The notes: generated from the letters alone by a model not told the origin. A stretch of DNA of 64,000 bases from Acidobacteriota bacterium (GCA_965217775.1 CBDCJH010000002.1:6080001-6144000), one strand, 5' to 3'. Numbered from the stretch's first letter, positions 1 to 10,525 are shown. Translations and numbers: made by a program.

Positions 1-684
1 CTCAGGAGGGATCATGCGCCGCAGGGCGATGTTTTCGGTGAACTCCGCCCTCAGCTCAGCGTCGGGCAGACCTGTGGCCAAGTGCCGGTCCCGAAGAACC
101 CGTTCTATTCTGTCCCCTTCGACGGGGCCGGGACAGATGGCGTTGGACCGTACGTTGTAGGGTCCCAACTCGGCCGCCAGCGTCCGGCTCAAGCCGAGGA
201 CGGCCCACTTGGAGGCGGCGTAGGGCGCCCTCAGTGGAAAGCCGATGCGGCCCGCCATGGAGGAGATGTGCACGATGGACCCGGACCGGCGGGCCATCAT
301 ATGGGGGTAGACGGCCTTGTCGCAGAGGAACGAACCGGTCAGGTTGACCGCGAACACGTGCTCCCACTCTTCCAGGCTGACTTCCGAAATGGGCGCCGTG
401 GGGCCCGCGATCCCCGCGTTGTTCACCAGGACGTCGATACGGCCCCAACGCTCCAGGATCGCCTCCACCGCCTGCTCGATCTCTTGGGGCCGGGTCAGAT
501 CCAGGTCGATGGCCAGGGCCTCTTGTCCCCGGTTTTCGATGTCGCGGGTGGTTTCCCGGACGCCTTCGATGTCGGCGACCGCCACCCGGTAACCGTGGCC
601 CGACAGGGCGAGGCTGATTTTCCTGCCCAGGCCCACTCCGCCGCCGGTGACCATGGCCGTTGGCTTCGAGCCGGTGTTTCCCAT
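1..684 (-). CDS. SDR family oxidoreductase (3' end runs off the window)
   Basis: Manual translation from ATG at 684 gives [24 protein letters not shown]...LVNNAGIAGP...YAASKW (TGxxxGxG, NNAG and YxxxK motifs). The ATG overlaps the hisG TGA. The tracked ORF 56..808 is a different frame. Confidence 0.9.
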   Translation of the reverse strand, partial: MGNTGSKPTAMVTGGGVGLGRKISLALSGHGYRVAVADIEGVRETTRDIENRGQEALAIDLDLTRPQEIEQAVEAILERWGRIDVLVNNAGIAGPTAPISEVSLEEWEHVFAVNLTGSFLCDKAVYPHMMARRSGSIVHISSMAGRIGFPLRAPYAASKWAVLGLSRTLAAELGPYNVRSNAICPGPVEGDRIERVLRDRHLATGLPDAELRAEFTENIALRRMIPPE

Positions 685-1562
685 CAGTCGATGATCTTGT
701 TGAGAGGGTATTCCACGATGCCCACCGCCCCGGCCGCCCGAACCCGGGGAACGATGTCCCGCACCACCGCTTCGTCGATGATGGTATTGACGGCGGTCCA
801 ACCATCATCGGACAGAGACGAGAGGGTGGGTTTCTGGAGAGCCGGCAGGATATTCAGGACCGCATCGAGACAATCCAGGGGAACGTTCATCATCATTCCC
901 ACCTTGCCCTCGGCGGCCATGGCCCCTCGAAGCATCAGCGCGATGTTCTCGATCTTCTGCCGCTTCCAGGGATCGTCCCAGGCGGCTTGGTTGGCGATGA
1001 GCCGGGGTGTGCTCACCAGGATCGTATCGACGACTCTGAGGTTGTTGGCGCGCAGGGAAGAACCGGTCTCCGTCACCTCCACGATGGCGTCGGCCAGCCG
1101 GGGCGGCTTCACCTCCGTGGCGCCCCAGGAGAACTCCACGTGTGCTTCCACGTTGTGGCGTTTCAGGTAGTCCCGGGTCAGGTTGACTCCCTCGGTGGCG
1201 ATGTGCTTGCCGGCCAGGTCGGCCGGTTTGCGAATGGGCGAATCTTCGGGCACGGCCAGGACCCAACGCACCGGCTTCCGGCTCACCTTGGAGAAGACCA
1301 GCTCGGCGACTTCGACCACCTGGGCCCCGTTCTCCACGATCCAGTCATGTCCGGTCAGACCGGCGTCCATGACCCCGTCCTGCACGTAACGGGCCATTTC
1401 CTGGGCCCGGATCAGGATGCACTCGATCTCCTGATCGTCGATGGACGGATAGTAGGACCGGGAGCGGAACCGGATCTGGTAGCCGGCCTTGGAAAAAAGT
1501 TGGGCCGTCGCCTCCTGAAGACTGCCCGCGGGGATTCCCAACGTCAAAATCTGTTCGCTCAT
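684..1562 (-). CDS. hisG: ATP phosphoribosyltransferase, long form
   Basis: [53 protein letters not shown] and a C-terminal regulatory domain. Start at MSEQIL. Confidence 0.97.
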   Translation of the reverse strand: MSEQILTLGIPAGSLQEATAQLFSKAGYQIRFRSRSYYPSIDDQEIECILIRAQEMARYVQDGVMDAGLTGHDWIVENGAQVVEVAELVFSKVSRKPVRWVLAVPEDSPIRKPADLAGKHIATEGVNLTRDYLKRHNVEAHVEFSWGATEVKPPRLADAIVEVTETGSSLRANNLRVVDTILVSTPRLIANQAAWDDPWKRQKIENIALMLRGAMAAEGKVGMMMNVPLDCLDAVLNILPALQKPTLSSLSDDGWTAVNTIIDEAVVRDIVPRVRAAGAVGIVEYPLNKIID

Positions 1563-1963
1563 TTGGATTTCCCGCTCCCGTAGACCTTGGATGGGTCGAA
1601 TACCGGCTCCACCGAGACGGCCAGTCTCCCGTCTTCCACTTTCCGAAAAAAGCAACTCCTGTAGCCCTTGTGGCAGGCGGCGCCTCCGACCTGAGTGATC
1701 CGGAACAACAGAGTGTCGGCGTCGCAGTCCACGTGAACGGATCGGATCTGCTGCACGTGTCCGCTCTCCTCTCCCTTGCGCCAGAGACGGTCGCGGCTCC
1801 GGGAGTAGTAACAGACCCGGCCGGTGCGGAGCGACTCCGCCAGCGCCTCCGAATTCATGTACGCCATCATGAGGACGTCGCCCGTCTCGTCATCCTGAGC
1901 GATGACGGGGACGAGCCCTCCCTGCTTGTCAAAGTCGATCTGGTCCTGAAGCGACACGCTCAA
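1559..1963 (-). CDS. hisI: Phosphoribosyl-AMP cyclohydrolase
   Basis: [24 protein letters not shown] and [11 protein letters not shown] motifs. Confidence 0.97.
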   Translation of the reverse strand: MSVSLQDQIDFDKQGGLVPVIAQDDETGDVLMMAYMNSEALAESLRTGRVCYYSRSRDRLWRKGEESGHVQQIRSVHVDCDADTLLFRITQVGGAACHKGYRSCFFRKVEDGRLAVSVEPVFDPSKVYGSGKSK

Positions 1964-3000
1964 CCTTCCTTTCCCGTGGAGTCGAACATGGGTGCCAAGT
2001 CCCGGTGGTGATAGAAAAGCGCCGGCGTTCCGCCGGTGTGCAGGAAGACGAGGTCGTGGCCCTTTCGCCAGCGGCCCCGACGGACGTCCGCCAGGAGAGC
2101 CCCCATGGCCTTGCCCGTATAGACGGGATCCAGAAGGATCCCCTCCCGTCGAGCCAACAGGGAGATGGCTTCCAGGCTTTCGGGGGTCGCGATGCCGTAT
2201 CCGGTGCCGATGTAGTCAGGGCTCGCCTGAACGTCTTCCAGCGTCACGGCCGGTTCGAGTTCCAGAAGCGCAGCGGCGTCGTTGGCCAGTTTGACCATGT
2301 AGGAAGCGGTGTCGAAGGGCCATTCGATGGGCATGATCGCCTCCAGAGCCGCCTCCCATCCCAGCAGCTTCCGGCCCAGGAACATCCCCGCGCCGGTGGA
2401 GCCGCCGGAGGAGAAGTAGACGGCGTCGGCCCGGACGCCCTGCTCGTCCAATTGTTCCCGGAGCTCCAGCAAGGCCAAGGTGTAGCTAACGGCCGCGGCG
2501 GCCCGAGAGGCCGGGTCGGCGATGGTGAAGACCTTTCGTCCTTCGCTCCTCAGGCTGTCGGCCTTCTCCTTGATCTTGTTCCAGAGGGGCGGTCCCATGG
2601 GTTCCGAGTTGAGCTCGATCCGGGCCCCGACCAGGTGGTCCAGGAGGAAGTTTCCCTGGAACTCAATCTCGGCGTGATCCGTGGTCAGGACCAAGTGGCA
2701 TTCCAGGCCCAACTTGGCCGCGGCGGCCGCGGTCTGGCGGCAGTTGTTGGACTGGATTCCGGCTCCCCAGACCAGGGTGTCGGCGCCTTCCTCCAGGGCC
2801 CTCCCCAGGATGAACTCGTTGTGCCGGGCCTTGTTCCCGCCGAAGGCGAGGCCGGTGCAGTCGTCCCGTTTGATGAAAATCCGGGGACCGCTCATTGCTG
2901 CACTCAGACGGGGAAGCTCTTCCAGGGGTGTGGGCAGATGGGCCAGTTGGACCCGGGGAAGACGGTCGATCCTGGCTCGAAGTTCCTGGGGGCTGATCAT
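1960..3000 (-). CDS. D-cysteine desulfhydrase / ACC deaminase family PLP enzyme
   Basis: [37 protein letters not shown] and FLHTGG motifs. Confidence 0.92.
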   Translation of the reverse strand: MISPQELRARIDRLPRVQLAHLPTPLEELPRLSAAMSGPRIFIKRDDCTGLAFGGNKARHNEFILGRALEEGADTLVWGAGIQSNNCRQTAAAAAKLGLECHLVLTTDHAEIEFQGNFLLDHLVGARIELNSEPMGPPLWNKIKEKADSLRSEGRKVFTIADPASRAAAAVSYTLALLELREQLDEQGVRADAVYFSSGGSTGAGMFLGRKLLGWEAALEAIMPIEWPFDTASYMVKLANDAAALLELEPAVTLEDVQASPDYIGTGYGIATPESLEAISLLARREGILLDPVYTGKAMGALLADVRRGRWRKGHDLVFLHTGGTPALFYHHRDLAPMFDSTGKEG

Positions 3001-3155
3001 CTGTGAGTCTCTGGATTGGAGTTTACAAGCTTCGATCGAACGATTGGTGGGGCCGGCACCGGAGCCGGCCGCCGGCCGCCAGTTTACCAGCCTCCGGTGA
3101 AACTCCGATGCCGAATCGTCCGAATGCCCCGCGGCGGGCGCACGGTCATGGACCG

Positions 3156-4745
3156 CTATTCGATTGCGGCCTCCTTGGCGTGGGTGTACAGCAACTTGCC
3201 CTTTTCGTCGTAGAAGGTGAAATCCATGCGAGCCTGCCCCTCGCCGGTCCGGCCGATCTTCATGAGCAGGAAACCACCGGTGGGTTCCTCGTAGTGGTAG
3301 GGCTGTTTCACTTTTCCCTCGGGATCCGAGGATTTGGGGTCGCCCGGAAAGTACCCTGGAATCGCGTTGGCGTCGATCATCGAGCCGACGGAGAATTCCT
3401 GGAAGCCGGAGGGGTGGACCGCATGATACTGCCAGTGGCGGTCCCCGCAGATGATGACGAAGCGTTCGGGAGAGAACTGGTTGTCCGTCAACCAGCGGAA
3501 GAACTCGTTGCCTTCATATCGGAATCCACCTGGGTTGATGTGGTTGTCCCGCTTCGAGCCACTGCCGGGTCCCACCATGGCTGTCGCGGAGAGAAGGACC
3601 TTGAAGGTGGCGTCGCTCTCCAGCAGAGTCCGTTCGAGCCATTCCTTCTGCTCTTTCCCCCAGACCGTCTTTCGGGGACCGTCGGGAAAGTCGTTGGGGC
3701 TGCGGTAGTCGCGTCCCTCCACGATCCAGATCTGCAGGTCCCGGTTCACTCGCCGCGTGGAGTAGGTCACCGTAGCGGACGCCCGTGGATCGACGACGGG
3801 GTACTGTTCCCGGAACATCCGGACCCCCAGTTCGTGGGAAGGAGCGTTGCCGGAACCGGAGTGCTTCGGGTAGAGGTTCTCCTTGGGGTAGGCTCCGATC
3901 CTGTCCTGGGCATAGACGCGGGCCGGATTGACCGGATCGGAGTCGTTGAACCGGTAGTCGTGATCGTCCTTCAACCAGTAGGTGGCCACTCGGACGAACA
4001 GATCCAGGAACCTCTGCTGCGAGTACTGCTCCTGGTGCTTCATCCGCAATTGGTGCTGGGTCTCCGCCCGTCCTCTCATCTGGTGACCGCTTCCGGGGCC
4101 GTCGTAGTAGACGTTGTCTCCGAGACCCACGAAGAAATCGGGCTCCAAGGCCAGGATGGCCGCCAACGCCGGGTAGCCCAGCGCCTTGTCCGGTCCGCTG
4201 TAGGGTGGTTGGGAACCGCTGCCGGTGTAGTGGAATTTGCTGTAGTGCATGCAGGTGGCGAGGGCGAAGCTGTAGGACACCTGCCCGGTCTCCCCGCCCA
4301 GGGTGGTGAAAGTCGCCGCCGCCGATTTCTCGAGCCGCGACTTGTCCGGCCCGTAGACCAGACGGTAGTGGTAGCGGGTCTCCGGCCGCAGCCCATCCAC
4401 CTTGACCTTCACGATGTAGTCGTTCTCCGGGAGGGCGGCGAGCCATTCCGTCCGGATCGAGTTCTTGAAATCGGCCCCGGTCCCCACCTCGAAGCCGGCG
4501 ACCCCCTCGATGCCCAGGACTCCCGACCAGCGGCGGTCGACGAGACGTTTCGTCGAGGTGAGACGGGACTGGAGGATGGCCGACGTGTCATCCACGGCGC
4601 CCACCATCAGACCGTGACCCAACTCCATGGGAAAGGGATCCTCGGACTGGGAAAAGCCCAGGTTTCCCAGGGTCAGAAACAGAAGCAGTGCGGGAATCCG
4701 GGCCCGGCGGCCGATCATTGCTCTAAGTTCTTGGAGACTGATCAT
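3156..4745 (-). CDS. PhoD-like alkaline phosphatase D family protein, secreted (paralog 2)
   Basis: Signal peptide, FN3-like N-domain (GLRPETRYHYRL), GDNVYYD, KDDHDY and GDRHW motifs. Confidence 0.88.
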   Translation of the reverse strand: MISLQELRAMIGRRARIPALLLFLTLGNLGFSQSEDPFPMELGHGLMVGAVDDTSAILQSRLTSTKRLVDRRWSGVLGIEGVAGFEVGTGADFKNSIRTEWLAALPENDYIVKVKVDGLRPETRYHYRLVYGPDKSRLEKSAAATFTTLGGETGQVSYSFALATCMHYSKFHYTGSGSQPPYSGPDKALGYPALAAILALEPDFFVGLGDNVYYDGPGSGHQMRGRAETQHQLRMKHQEQYSQQRFLDLFVRVATYWLKDDHDYRFNDSDPVNPARVYAQDRIGAYPKENLYPKHSGSGNAPSHELGVRMFREQYPVVDPRASATVTYSTRRVNRDLQIWIVEGRDYRSPNDFPDGPRKTVWGKEQKEWLERTLLESDATFKVLLSATAMVGPGSGSKRDNHINPGGFRYEGNEFFRWLTDNQFSPERFVIICGDRHWQYHAVHPSGFQEFSVGSMIDANAIPGYFPGDPKSSDPEGKVKQPYHYEEPTGGFLLMKIGRTGEGQARMDFTFYDEKGKLLYTHAKEAAIE

Positions 4746-6332
4746 TTATTCCGGCGCGGCCTCCTTGGTGTGGGTGTAAAGCACTTTGCCCTTTTCATCG
4801 TAGAAGGTGAAATCCATGCGGGCCCGCCCCTCGCCGGTTTGGCCGATCTTCATGATCAGGAAACCGCCGGTGGGTTCCTCGAAGTGATAGGGATGTTTGA
4901 TTTTTCCTTCGGGGTCCGACGATTTGGGATCGCCGGGAAAGAAGCCCAGAATCGCGTTGGAATCGTCGATAGCGCCGACGGAGAATTCCTGGAAGCCGGA
5001 GGGGTGGACGGCATGATACTGCCAGTGCCGATCTCCGCAGACGATCATGAAGCGTTCCGGTGAGAAACGTTCGGCCGTCAGCCAGCGGAAAAACTCGTCG
5101 CCTTCGGTTTGAAATCCTCCCGGGTTGACGTGGTTGTCGCGTTTGGCGGCGTAGTCGGGTCCCACCATGGGTGTCGCGGAGAATAGAACCTTGAAGGTGG
5201 CGTCGCTTTCCAGCAAGGTCCGTTTGAGCCACTCCTTCTGCTTTTTCCCCCAGATCGTCTTCCGGGGACCGTCGGGAAAGTCGTTGGGGCTGCGGTAGTC
5301 GCGTCCCTCCACGATCCAGATCTGCAGGTCCCGGTTCACTCTTCGCGTGGAGTAGGTCACCGTTTCGGACGCCCGTAGATCGACGACCGGAAGCTGTTCC
5401 CGGAACATCCGCACCCCCAATTCAGGGGAGGGAGCGTGGCCGGAACCGGAGTGTTTCGGGAAGAGGTTCTCCTTGGGATAGTTTCCGGTATTCGACCCGT
5501 CATAGATATGGATGCGGACCGGATTGACCGGATCTGAGTCGTTGAACCGGTAGTCGTGATCGTCCTTCAACCAATAGGTGGCCACTCGGGCGAACAGATC
5601 CGGGAACCTCTGCTGCGAGAACTGCTCGTGGTACTTCATCCGCAACTGGTGCTGCGTCTCCGCCCGTCCTCTCATGTCTTGGTCGGCTCCGGGGACGTCG
5701 TAGTAGACGTTGTCACCCAAACCCACGAAGAAGTCGGGCTCCAAGGCCAGGATGGAAGCCAGCCCCGGGTAGCCCAATGCCTTGTCCGGTCCGCTGTAGG
5801 GAGGGTGGCCACCGTGCCCGGTGTAATGGAAATAGGTGTAGTTCATGCAGGCGGCGAGGGCGAAGCTGTAGGAGACCTGTCCCGTGGGTCCGCCCAACGT
5901 GGTGAAGGTCGCGGCGGTCGATTTCTTGAGCCGAGACTTGTCCGGCCCGTAGACCAGGCGATAGTGGTAGCGGGTCTCAGGCCGCAGCCCTTCCACCTTG
6001 ACCTTCACGATGTAATCGTTCTCCGGGAGGGCGGCGAGCCACGCGGTCCGGATCGGGTTCTTGAAGTCGGCGCCGGTCGCCACCTCGAACCGGGAGATTC
6101 CCTCGATCCCCAAGACGCCCGACCAGCGGTTGTCGACGAGGCGCTCGGTCGAGGTGAGGCGGGACTGGAGAATCGCCGAAGCGTCGCCCACAGAGCCTGC
6201 CATCAGGCCGTGGCCCAGTTCCACGGGAAAGGGGTCCTGGGATTGGGAAAAGCCCGAGTTCCCGAGGGCCAGGAACAGAACCAATGCGGGGATCCGCCTC
6301 CGACAGGACCGTCGGGTGATCGTGGTGGTCAT
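4746..6332 (-). CDS. PhoD-like alkaline phosphatase D family protein, secreted (paralog 1)
   Basis: Same motifs as, and highly similar to, the adjacent paralog. GGAGG SD upstream of ATG 6332. Confidence 0.88.
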   Translation of the reverse strand: MTTTITRRSCRRRIPALVLFLALGNSGFSQSQDPFPVELGHGLMAGSVGDASAILQSRLTSTERLVDNRWSGVLGIEGISRFEVATGADFKNPIRTAWLAALPENDYIVKVKVEGLRPETRYHYRLVYGPDKSRLKKSTAATFTTLGGPTGQVSYSFALAACMNYTYFHYTGHGGHPPYSGPDKALGYPGLASILALEPDFFVGLGDNVYYDVPGADQDMRGRAETQHQLRMKYHEQFSQQRFPDLFARVATYWLKDDHDYRFNDSDPVNPVRIHIYDGSNTGNYPKENLFPKHSGSGHAPSPELGVRMFREQLPVVDLRASETVTYSTRRVNRDLQIWIVEGRDYRSPNDFPDGPRKTIWGKKQKEWLKRTLLESDATFKVLFSATPMVGPDYAAKRDNHVNPGGFQTEGDEFFRWLTAERFSPERFMIVCGDRHWQYHAVHPSGFQEFSVGAIDDSNAILGFFPGDPKSSDPEGKIKHPYHFEEPTGGFLIMKIGQTGEGRARMDFTFYDEKGKVLYTHTKEAAPE

Positions 6333-6391
6333 GATCTCCTCCAAGTCCCGGCATCATATCCGATTTGGGGTGCCGGGAGGGGCGACGTGGA

Positions 6392-6482
6392 GGGGGGACA
6401 TTCTTGTCCCCCACTGGGAGGCGACTTTCCTGTCGCCCATTGGGAAGGGCGACTTTCCTGTCGCCCACTGGGACAGGCGACT
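6392..6482. repeat. REP-like palindrome cluster, left part (interrupted by the intron)
   Basis: GGGGGACATTCTTGTCCCCC, then GGCGACTTTCCTGTCGCC twice, then the half-unit GGCGACT. Confidence 0.85.
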
Positions 6483-8399
6483 GTGCGCCAGGCTAACTGG
6501 CACAAGATAGGCGGTGGAAGTCCGCCGAAACGAAGGACTAACCATCCACGTTTCTCCGCGAGCCGTGCGTGGGCACCCGTGAGGGTGTCGGCGAAGCGTC
6601 GGTAGCGGTGCGTATGGGCAGGCTATTGAGCATCGAAAGCTCCCTGATCGGAAGTGCCGAGGCTGTAGTCGCGGTCGAAGGCAACACCGGCTGGACCGCC
6701 CAGGTGAGGGCCGGCCGGGCTCCGCGGTGTCAAAGAACCCAGGCACGTACGCAAATCTTGTTCCGGGACCTGGGAGGGCTTCATTTCACGCCGGGGGGTC
6801 GCCCCGGGGTCGCATGAGAAAGGAGTAACCCGAAACTCATGATGGACGGAACGAAGCAATCGGATTCATCCATAGTAGCGATGAAGCGGGCGAACAAAGA
6901 GGGGCGACCCTCGGCGGAGCCGGTGGAGCGAAGGGATGGAACCAAGGGGAATTCGGTGAGCCAAAGCACGCGCCGGACGCAGAGTCGGGGGAGCGTGTCC
7001 CAAGCGGTGGACCGGATACGGCGAGCGATCGCGAGAAACCCCAAGGAGCGACTGACCGCGCTGCTGCACCATATCACTGTGGAGGCCCTGCGCCGCGCCT
7101 ACCTCGGACTGAGGAAGGATGCTGCGCCGGGAATCGATGGGGTCCGGTGGGAGGAGTACGGGGCGAAGCTGGAAGAGCGACTGCTGGACCTGCATCGCCG
7201 CGTGCACCGGGGCGCGTACCGAGCGCCTCCCGTCCGGCGGGTGAACATCCCCAAGCCGGATGGAAGGACACGACCGCTCGGCGTGGCCGCGCTGGAGGAC
7301 AAGATCCTCCAGAAGGCAGTCGTGGACGAGCTCCTAACGCCGATTTACGAGGCGGAGTTTCTCGGGCTCAGCTACGGGTTCCGGCCCGGACGGAAGGCGC
7401 ATGACGCGCTGGATGCACTGGCCTACGGGATCGAACGGCGGAAAGTCAATTGGATCGTGGACGCGGACATTCGGACGTTCTTTGATGCGATCGACCGGGA
7501 CTGCCTGATGCAGTTCGTGGAACGGCGGATCGGAGACCGGCGGGTGCTGCGGCTGCTGCGCAAGTGGCTGAACGCCGGGGTGATGGAAGAAGGGACCTGG
7601 TCGGACTCGGGGAGAGGGACGCCTCAGGGCGCCAACGTCTCGCCGGTCATGGCCAACGTGTACCTGCACTACGTGCTGGACCAATGGTTCCATCGGACGT
7701 GGCGCCCACGAGTCCCGAAAGGCGAAGCGATCCTGGTGCGATATGCGGACGACTTCGTGGCCGGATTCCAGAGACGGGCGGACGCGAAACGGTTTCTCCG
7801 AGACCTGGGGGAACGGTGCGCCGAGTTCGGGCTGGAACTGCACCCGGAAAAGACGCGACTGGTGGAGTTCGGACGATTTGCGGCAGCGGATCGGCGACGA
7901 CGCGGGGAGCGGAAACCGGAGACGTTCGACTTTCTGGGGTTCACGCACTACTGTGCGAAGACCCGGAAGGGACGGTTCCGGCTGGGGCGGAAGCCAAGCG
8001 CGAAACGGATGAACCGGACCCTGCAACGGGTGGGGGAGAGGCTGTGGAGACAACGGCACGCGGATCACTGGGAGGTCGGGAAATGGTTGAGCCGGGTCCT
8101 GAACGGCTGGCTGAACTATTTTGCGGTTCCGGGGAGTACGCGCTGGCTGCGAGGTTTCTGCTATCTGCTGCAACGGCGGTGGCTGCGAGCCTTGCGCCGC
8201 CGGTCCCAACGCGACCGCTTCAGTTGGGGACGGTTGCGACGGATGACGGAGTTGCTCTGGCCATCCGTGAAGATCCGTCACCCGTGGCCGGGGCAGCGGT
8301 TCCGCTGGCCGTCCACACCCAAGGTAGGAGCCGGATGCCTTAACGGGCACGTCCGGATCTGTGCGGGGGGCGGCAGGAAACTGCCGTTCCTACCGTGAC
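6483..8399 (+). mobile_element. Group II intron (non-class C, IIB-like) with RT/maturase ORF
   Basis: 5' GTGCG at 6483. Domain V GAGCCGGATGCCTTAACGGGCACGTCCGGATC and a domain VI hairpin ending ...CCGTGAC at 8399. Removing the intron restores GGCGACT|TTCCTGTCGCC exactly. Confidence 0.95.
6839..8398 (+). CDS. ltrA: Group II intron reverse transcriptase/maturase, no endonuclease domain
   Basis: IPKPDGRTRPLG, SYGFRPGR, GTPQG, RYADD, FDFLGF and X domain GWLNYF. No HNH domain. Confidence 0.95.
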   Translation: MMDGTKQSDSSIVAMKRANKEGRPSAEPVERRDGTKGNSVSQSTRRTQSRGSVSQAVDRIRRAIARNPKERLTALLHHITVEALRRAYLGLRKDAAPGIDGVRWEEYGAKLEERLLDLHRRVHRGAYRAPPVRRVNIPKPDGRTRPLGVAALEDKILQKAVVDELLTPIYEAEFLGLSYGFRPGRKAHDALDALAYGIERRKVNWIVDADIRTFFDAIDRDCLMQFVERRIGDRRVLRLLRKWLNAGVMEEGTWSDSGRGTPQGANVSPVMANVYLHYVLDQWFHRTWRPRVPKGEAILVRYADDFVAGFQRRADAKRFLRDLGERCAEFGLELHPEKTRLVEFGRFAAADRRRRGERKPETFDFLGFTHYCAKTRKGRFRLGRKPSAKRMNRTLQRVGERLWRQRHADHWEVGKWLSRVLNGWLNYFAVPGSTRWLRGFCYLLQRRWLRALRRRSQRDRFSWGRLRRMTELLWPSVKIRHPWPGQRFRWPSTPKVGAGCLNGHVRICAGGGRKLPFLP

Positions 8400-8465
8400 T
8401 TCCTGTCGCCCATTGGAGGGGCGACTTTCTTGTCGCCCACTGGGACAGGCGACTTTCTTGTCGCC
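8400..8465. repeat. REP-like palindrome cluster, right part
   Basis: TTCCTGTCGCC half-unit, then GGCGACTTTCTTGTCGCC twice. A further variant GGCGACAAGAAAGTCGTCGCTCC lies at ~8559-8581. Confidence 0.85.
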
Positions 8466-8647
8466 TGCTCTTCCATGCTGCTATACGATTCCGCGGCCCG
8501 AAAGTGTTGAGGGGGAAAGTGTAAGGTGGGGACTCCGTCCCCCCAAGACCCCCCTGTCGGCGACAAGAAAGTCGTCGCTCCAGACTTGCTATACTCGCGG
8601 GCCGAATCGATTCATACGATTAAACGCCGCCCGTGGAGAGCGAACGC

Positions 8648-9406
8648 ATGTTGGATCTGAAAGACAGGACCGCCCTGATGGTGGGGACGAAGCGGGTGGG
8701 CGGCATCGTGGCACGCCGCTTGGCCCAAGCGGGCGTTCGCCTGGCGCTCAGCTACCGGGGTTCCAAGCTTGAGGCCCAGCACCTCCAGGCGGAGTTGGAG
8801 CCGATGACGCGGACCTGCCTGGTCCAGGCCGACGTGAGCCGGCCGGAGGACGTCGTCCGCCTGCTGCAAACGGTCCGCGAGGAACTCGGGGACCTCTCCT
8901 TTCTCGTCAACCTGGCCTCGGGATTTCCGCGGGCTCCCTTGGATTCGTTGGATGCTTCCGCTTGGGAAGCGGCGGAGCCGGCGGCCCGGGCCAACTATCT
9001 CCTGGCGGTCCACGCCTCCCGCAGCATGCGGCGGAACCGGGGACCGACCCGGGGCCACCTGATCTTCTTCAGCGACTGGGCCGCCGGCGGGACTCCCTAT
9101 CGGAACTACCTTCCCTACCTCACCTCCAAGGCGTCTATCGACTTCATGACCCGCGCCTTCGCCGTCGAATTGGCCCCGCACGGCATTCTGGTCAACGCCA
9201 TCGCCCCCGGGCCCACCATGCGTCCACCGGAAATCAGCAGCGAGGACTGGGAGAGATCCGTGATCGCCCGGACGCCCCTCCGGCGGGAGTCCGCCGCCGG
9301 AGAGATCGCCGAGATGATCGTCACCCTCCTCAAGAGCGAGACCATCACGGGCGAGACCATCCGGGTCGATGCCGGCCGCCACCTGGCGGGTCCGGGCGTG
9401 GATTGA
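8648..9406 (+). CDS. SDR oxidoreductase, pteridine reductase (FolM/PTR1)-like
   Basis: GTKRVG Rossmann variant, VNLASGF, YLTSK, VNAIAPG and GETIRVDAGRHL. Confidence 0.8.
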   Translation: MLDLKDRTALMVGTKRVGGIVARRLAQAGVRLALSYRGSKLEAQHLQAELEPMTRTCLVQADVSRPEDVVRLLQTVREELGDLSFLVNLASGFPRAPLDSLDASAWEAAEPAARANYLLAVHASRSMRRNRGPTRGHLIFFSDWAAGGTPYRNYLPYLTSKASIDFMTRAFAVELAPHGILVNAIAPGPTMRPPEISSEDWERSVIARTPLRRESAAGEIAEMIVTLLKSETITGETIRVDAGRHLAGPGVD

Positions 9407-9478
9407 GCGCTCAGATACCGCGGCCGGGACGGAGCCGCAACTTGCAAGTTCAAGACCGGAAATGCAGTCTAGATATTG

Positions 9479-10474
9479 ATGTTACGATCGATCGCACAAG
9501 CGGTTTCGCTGCTGATTCTTCTGTCGGCAACCGTCCCGGCGGAGACCTCGCTGACCTGGTCCAGGGGGCCGGACCTGGCGCTTCCGAGAGGCGGTTACAG
9601 CGCCGCCGTCTACCAGGAGGGAATTCTCGTCGTTGGGGGAGCGTACTGGCGGGACGGCGAAAAACTCTGGACGGATCGGGTCGACTTCTACGACCCCAAG
9701 ACCGCAACCTGGTCGCAACGGCCGTCTCTGCCTGAGCCTCTGGGATATGGGGGCATGGTCCGGATCGAGGAGGATCTCTACCTGTTGGGCGGAGGCAACG
9801 GTCCTCAGCCTCAACGCAAGGTCTTCAAGCTGACCGAAGCGGGCTGGTCCGTGGTGGGCGAAAACCCGGCGCCCCGCTACCTGGCTTCGGTGGTGGCCGT
9901 CGGATCCACCATCTACCTGGTGGCGGGAAGCCTCAGCATGAACGATCTGGACCGTTGTAGCGATGAGGTCTGGTCCCTGGACGTTGCGACCGGCGGCTGG
10001 CAGAGGCTGGCGCCGATTCCGGGGCCGCCGCGGATGATTCAGGCGGCAGCCGTTCTGGGGAGCTCGGTGTACATCTTCGGAGGCTCCACCAAGGAGACGG
10101 GCCGGCGGCTGCAGAATCTGGACGACGCCTACCGGTTCGACACCGAGACGGGGCAATGGACCCCACTGGGTCCGGCTCCGGTGGCGGCCCGGGCCTGGTG
10201 GGCCGAACCGGTGGGCGAACTGATCTACCTCTCCGGCGGCTACGGCCATACGTTTCAGGGAACCGTCTACGAATACGATCCTTCGGGAGACACCTACACC
10301 CTGGTTTCCAGCTTCGAACCGGGCTTGGCGGATACGGAGTTTCTGCACCTGGACGGAGCCCTCTACGGAATCTCCGGTGAAGACAAGGGCCGGTCCCGCT
10401 TCCCCGGCCTTCTCGTCGGCCGCTTTCCGGAAGAGCCGTCCGAGGAGGAGTCCGAGGAGCCATCCGACGAGTAG
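9479..10474 (+). CDS. Secreted Kelch-repeat beta-propeller protein
   Basis: Signal peptide followed by about six (L/I)Y..GG...YD....W Kelch repeats. Confidence 0.88.
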   Translation: MLRSIAQAVSLLILLSATVPAETSLTWSRGPDLALPRGGYSAAVYQEGILVVGGAYWRDGEKLWTDRVDFYDPKTATWSQRPSLPEPLGYGGMVRIEEDLYLLGGGNGPQPQRKVFKLTEAGWSVVGENPAPRYLASVVAVGSTIYLVAGSLSMNDLDRCSDEVWSLDVATGGWQRLAPIPGPPRMIQAAAVLGSSVYIFGGSTKETGRRLQNLDDAYRFDTETGQWTPLGPAPVAARAWWAEPVGELIYLSGGYGHTFQGTVYEYDPSGDTYTLVSSFEPGLADTEFLHLDGALYGISGEDKGRSRFPGLLVGRFPEEPSEEESEEPSDE

Positions 10475-10525
10475 TCGAAGGACCACCCTTCCCGTTTCGA
10501 ACGCCTCATCCAATCCCGGTAGCCA

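Noticed and set aside
6839-8398. Retron, DGR or defence-associated RT
   Set aside because: It has a maturase X domain and clear intron 5' end, domain V and domain VI, so it is a group II intron RT.
8300-8398. RT ORF running through intron domains V-VI as a novelty
   Set aside because: ORF overlap with the 3' ribozyme domains occurs in other endonuclease-less bacterial introns, or could reflect a small indel. It is not distinctive.
6392-8465. CRISPR array
   Set aside because: Units are 18-20-bp palindromes with ~8-11-bp similar spacers, there are no cas genes, and the same motifs are scattered intergenically. These are REP-like.
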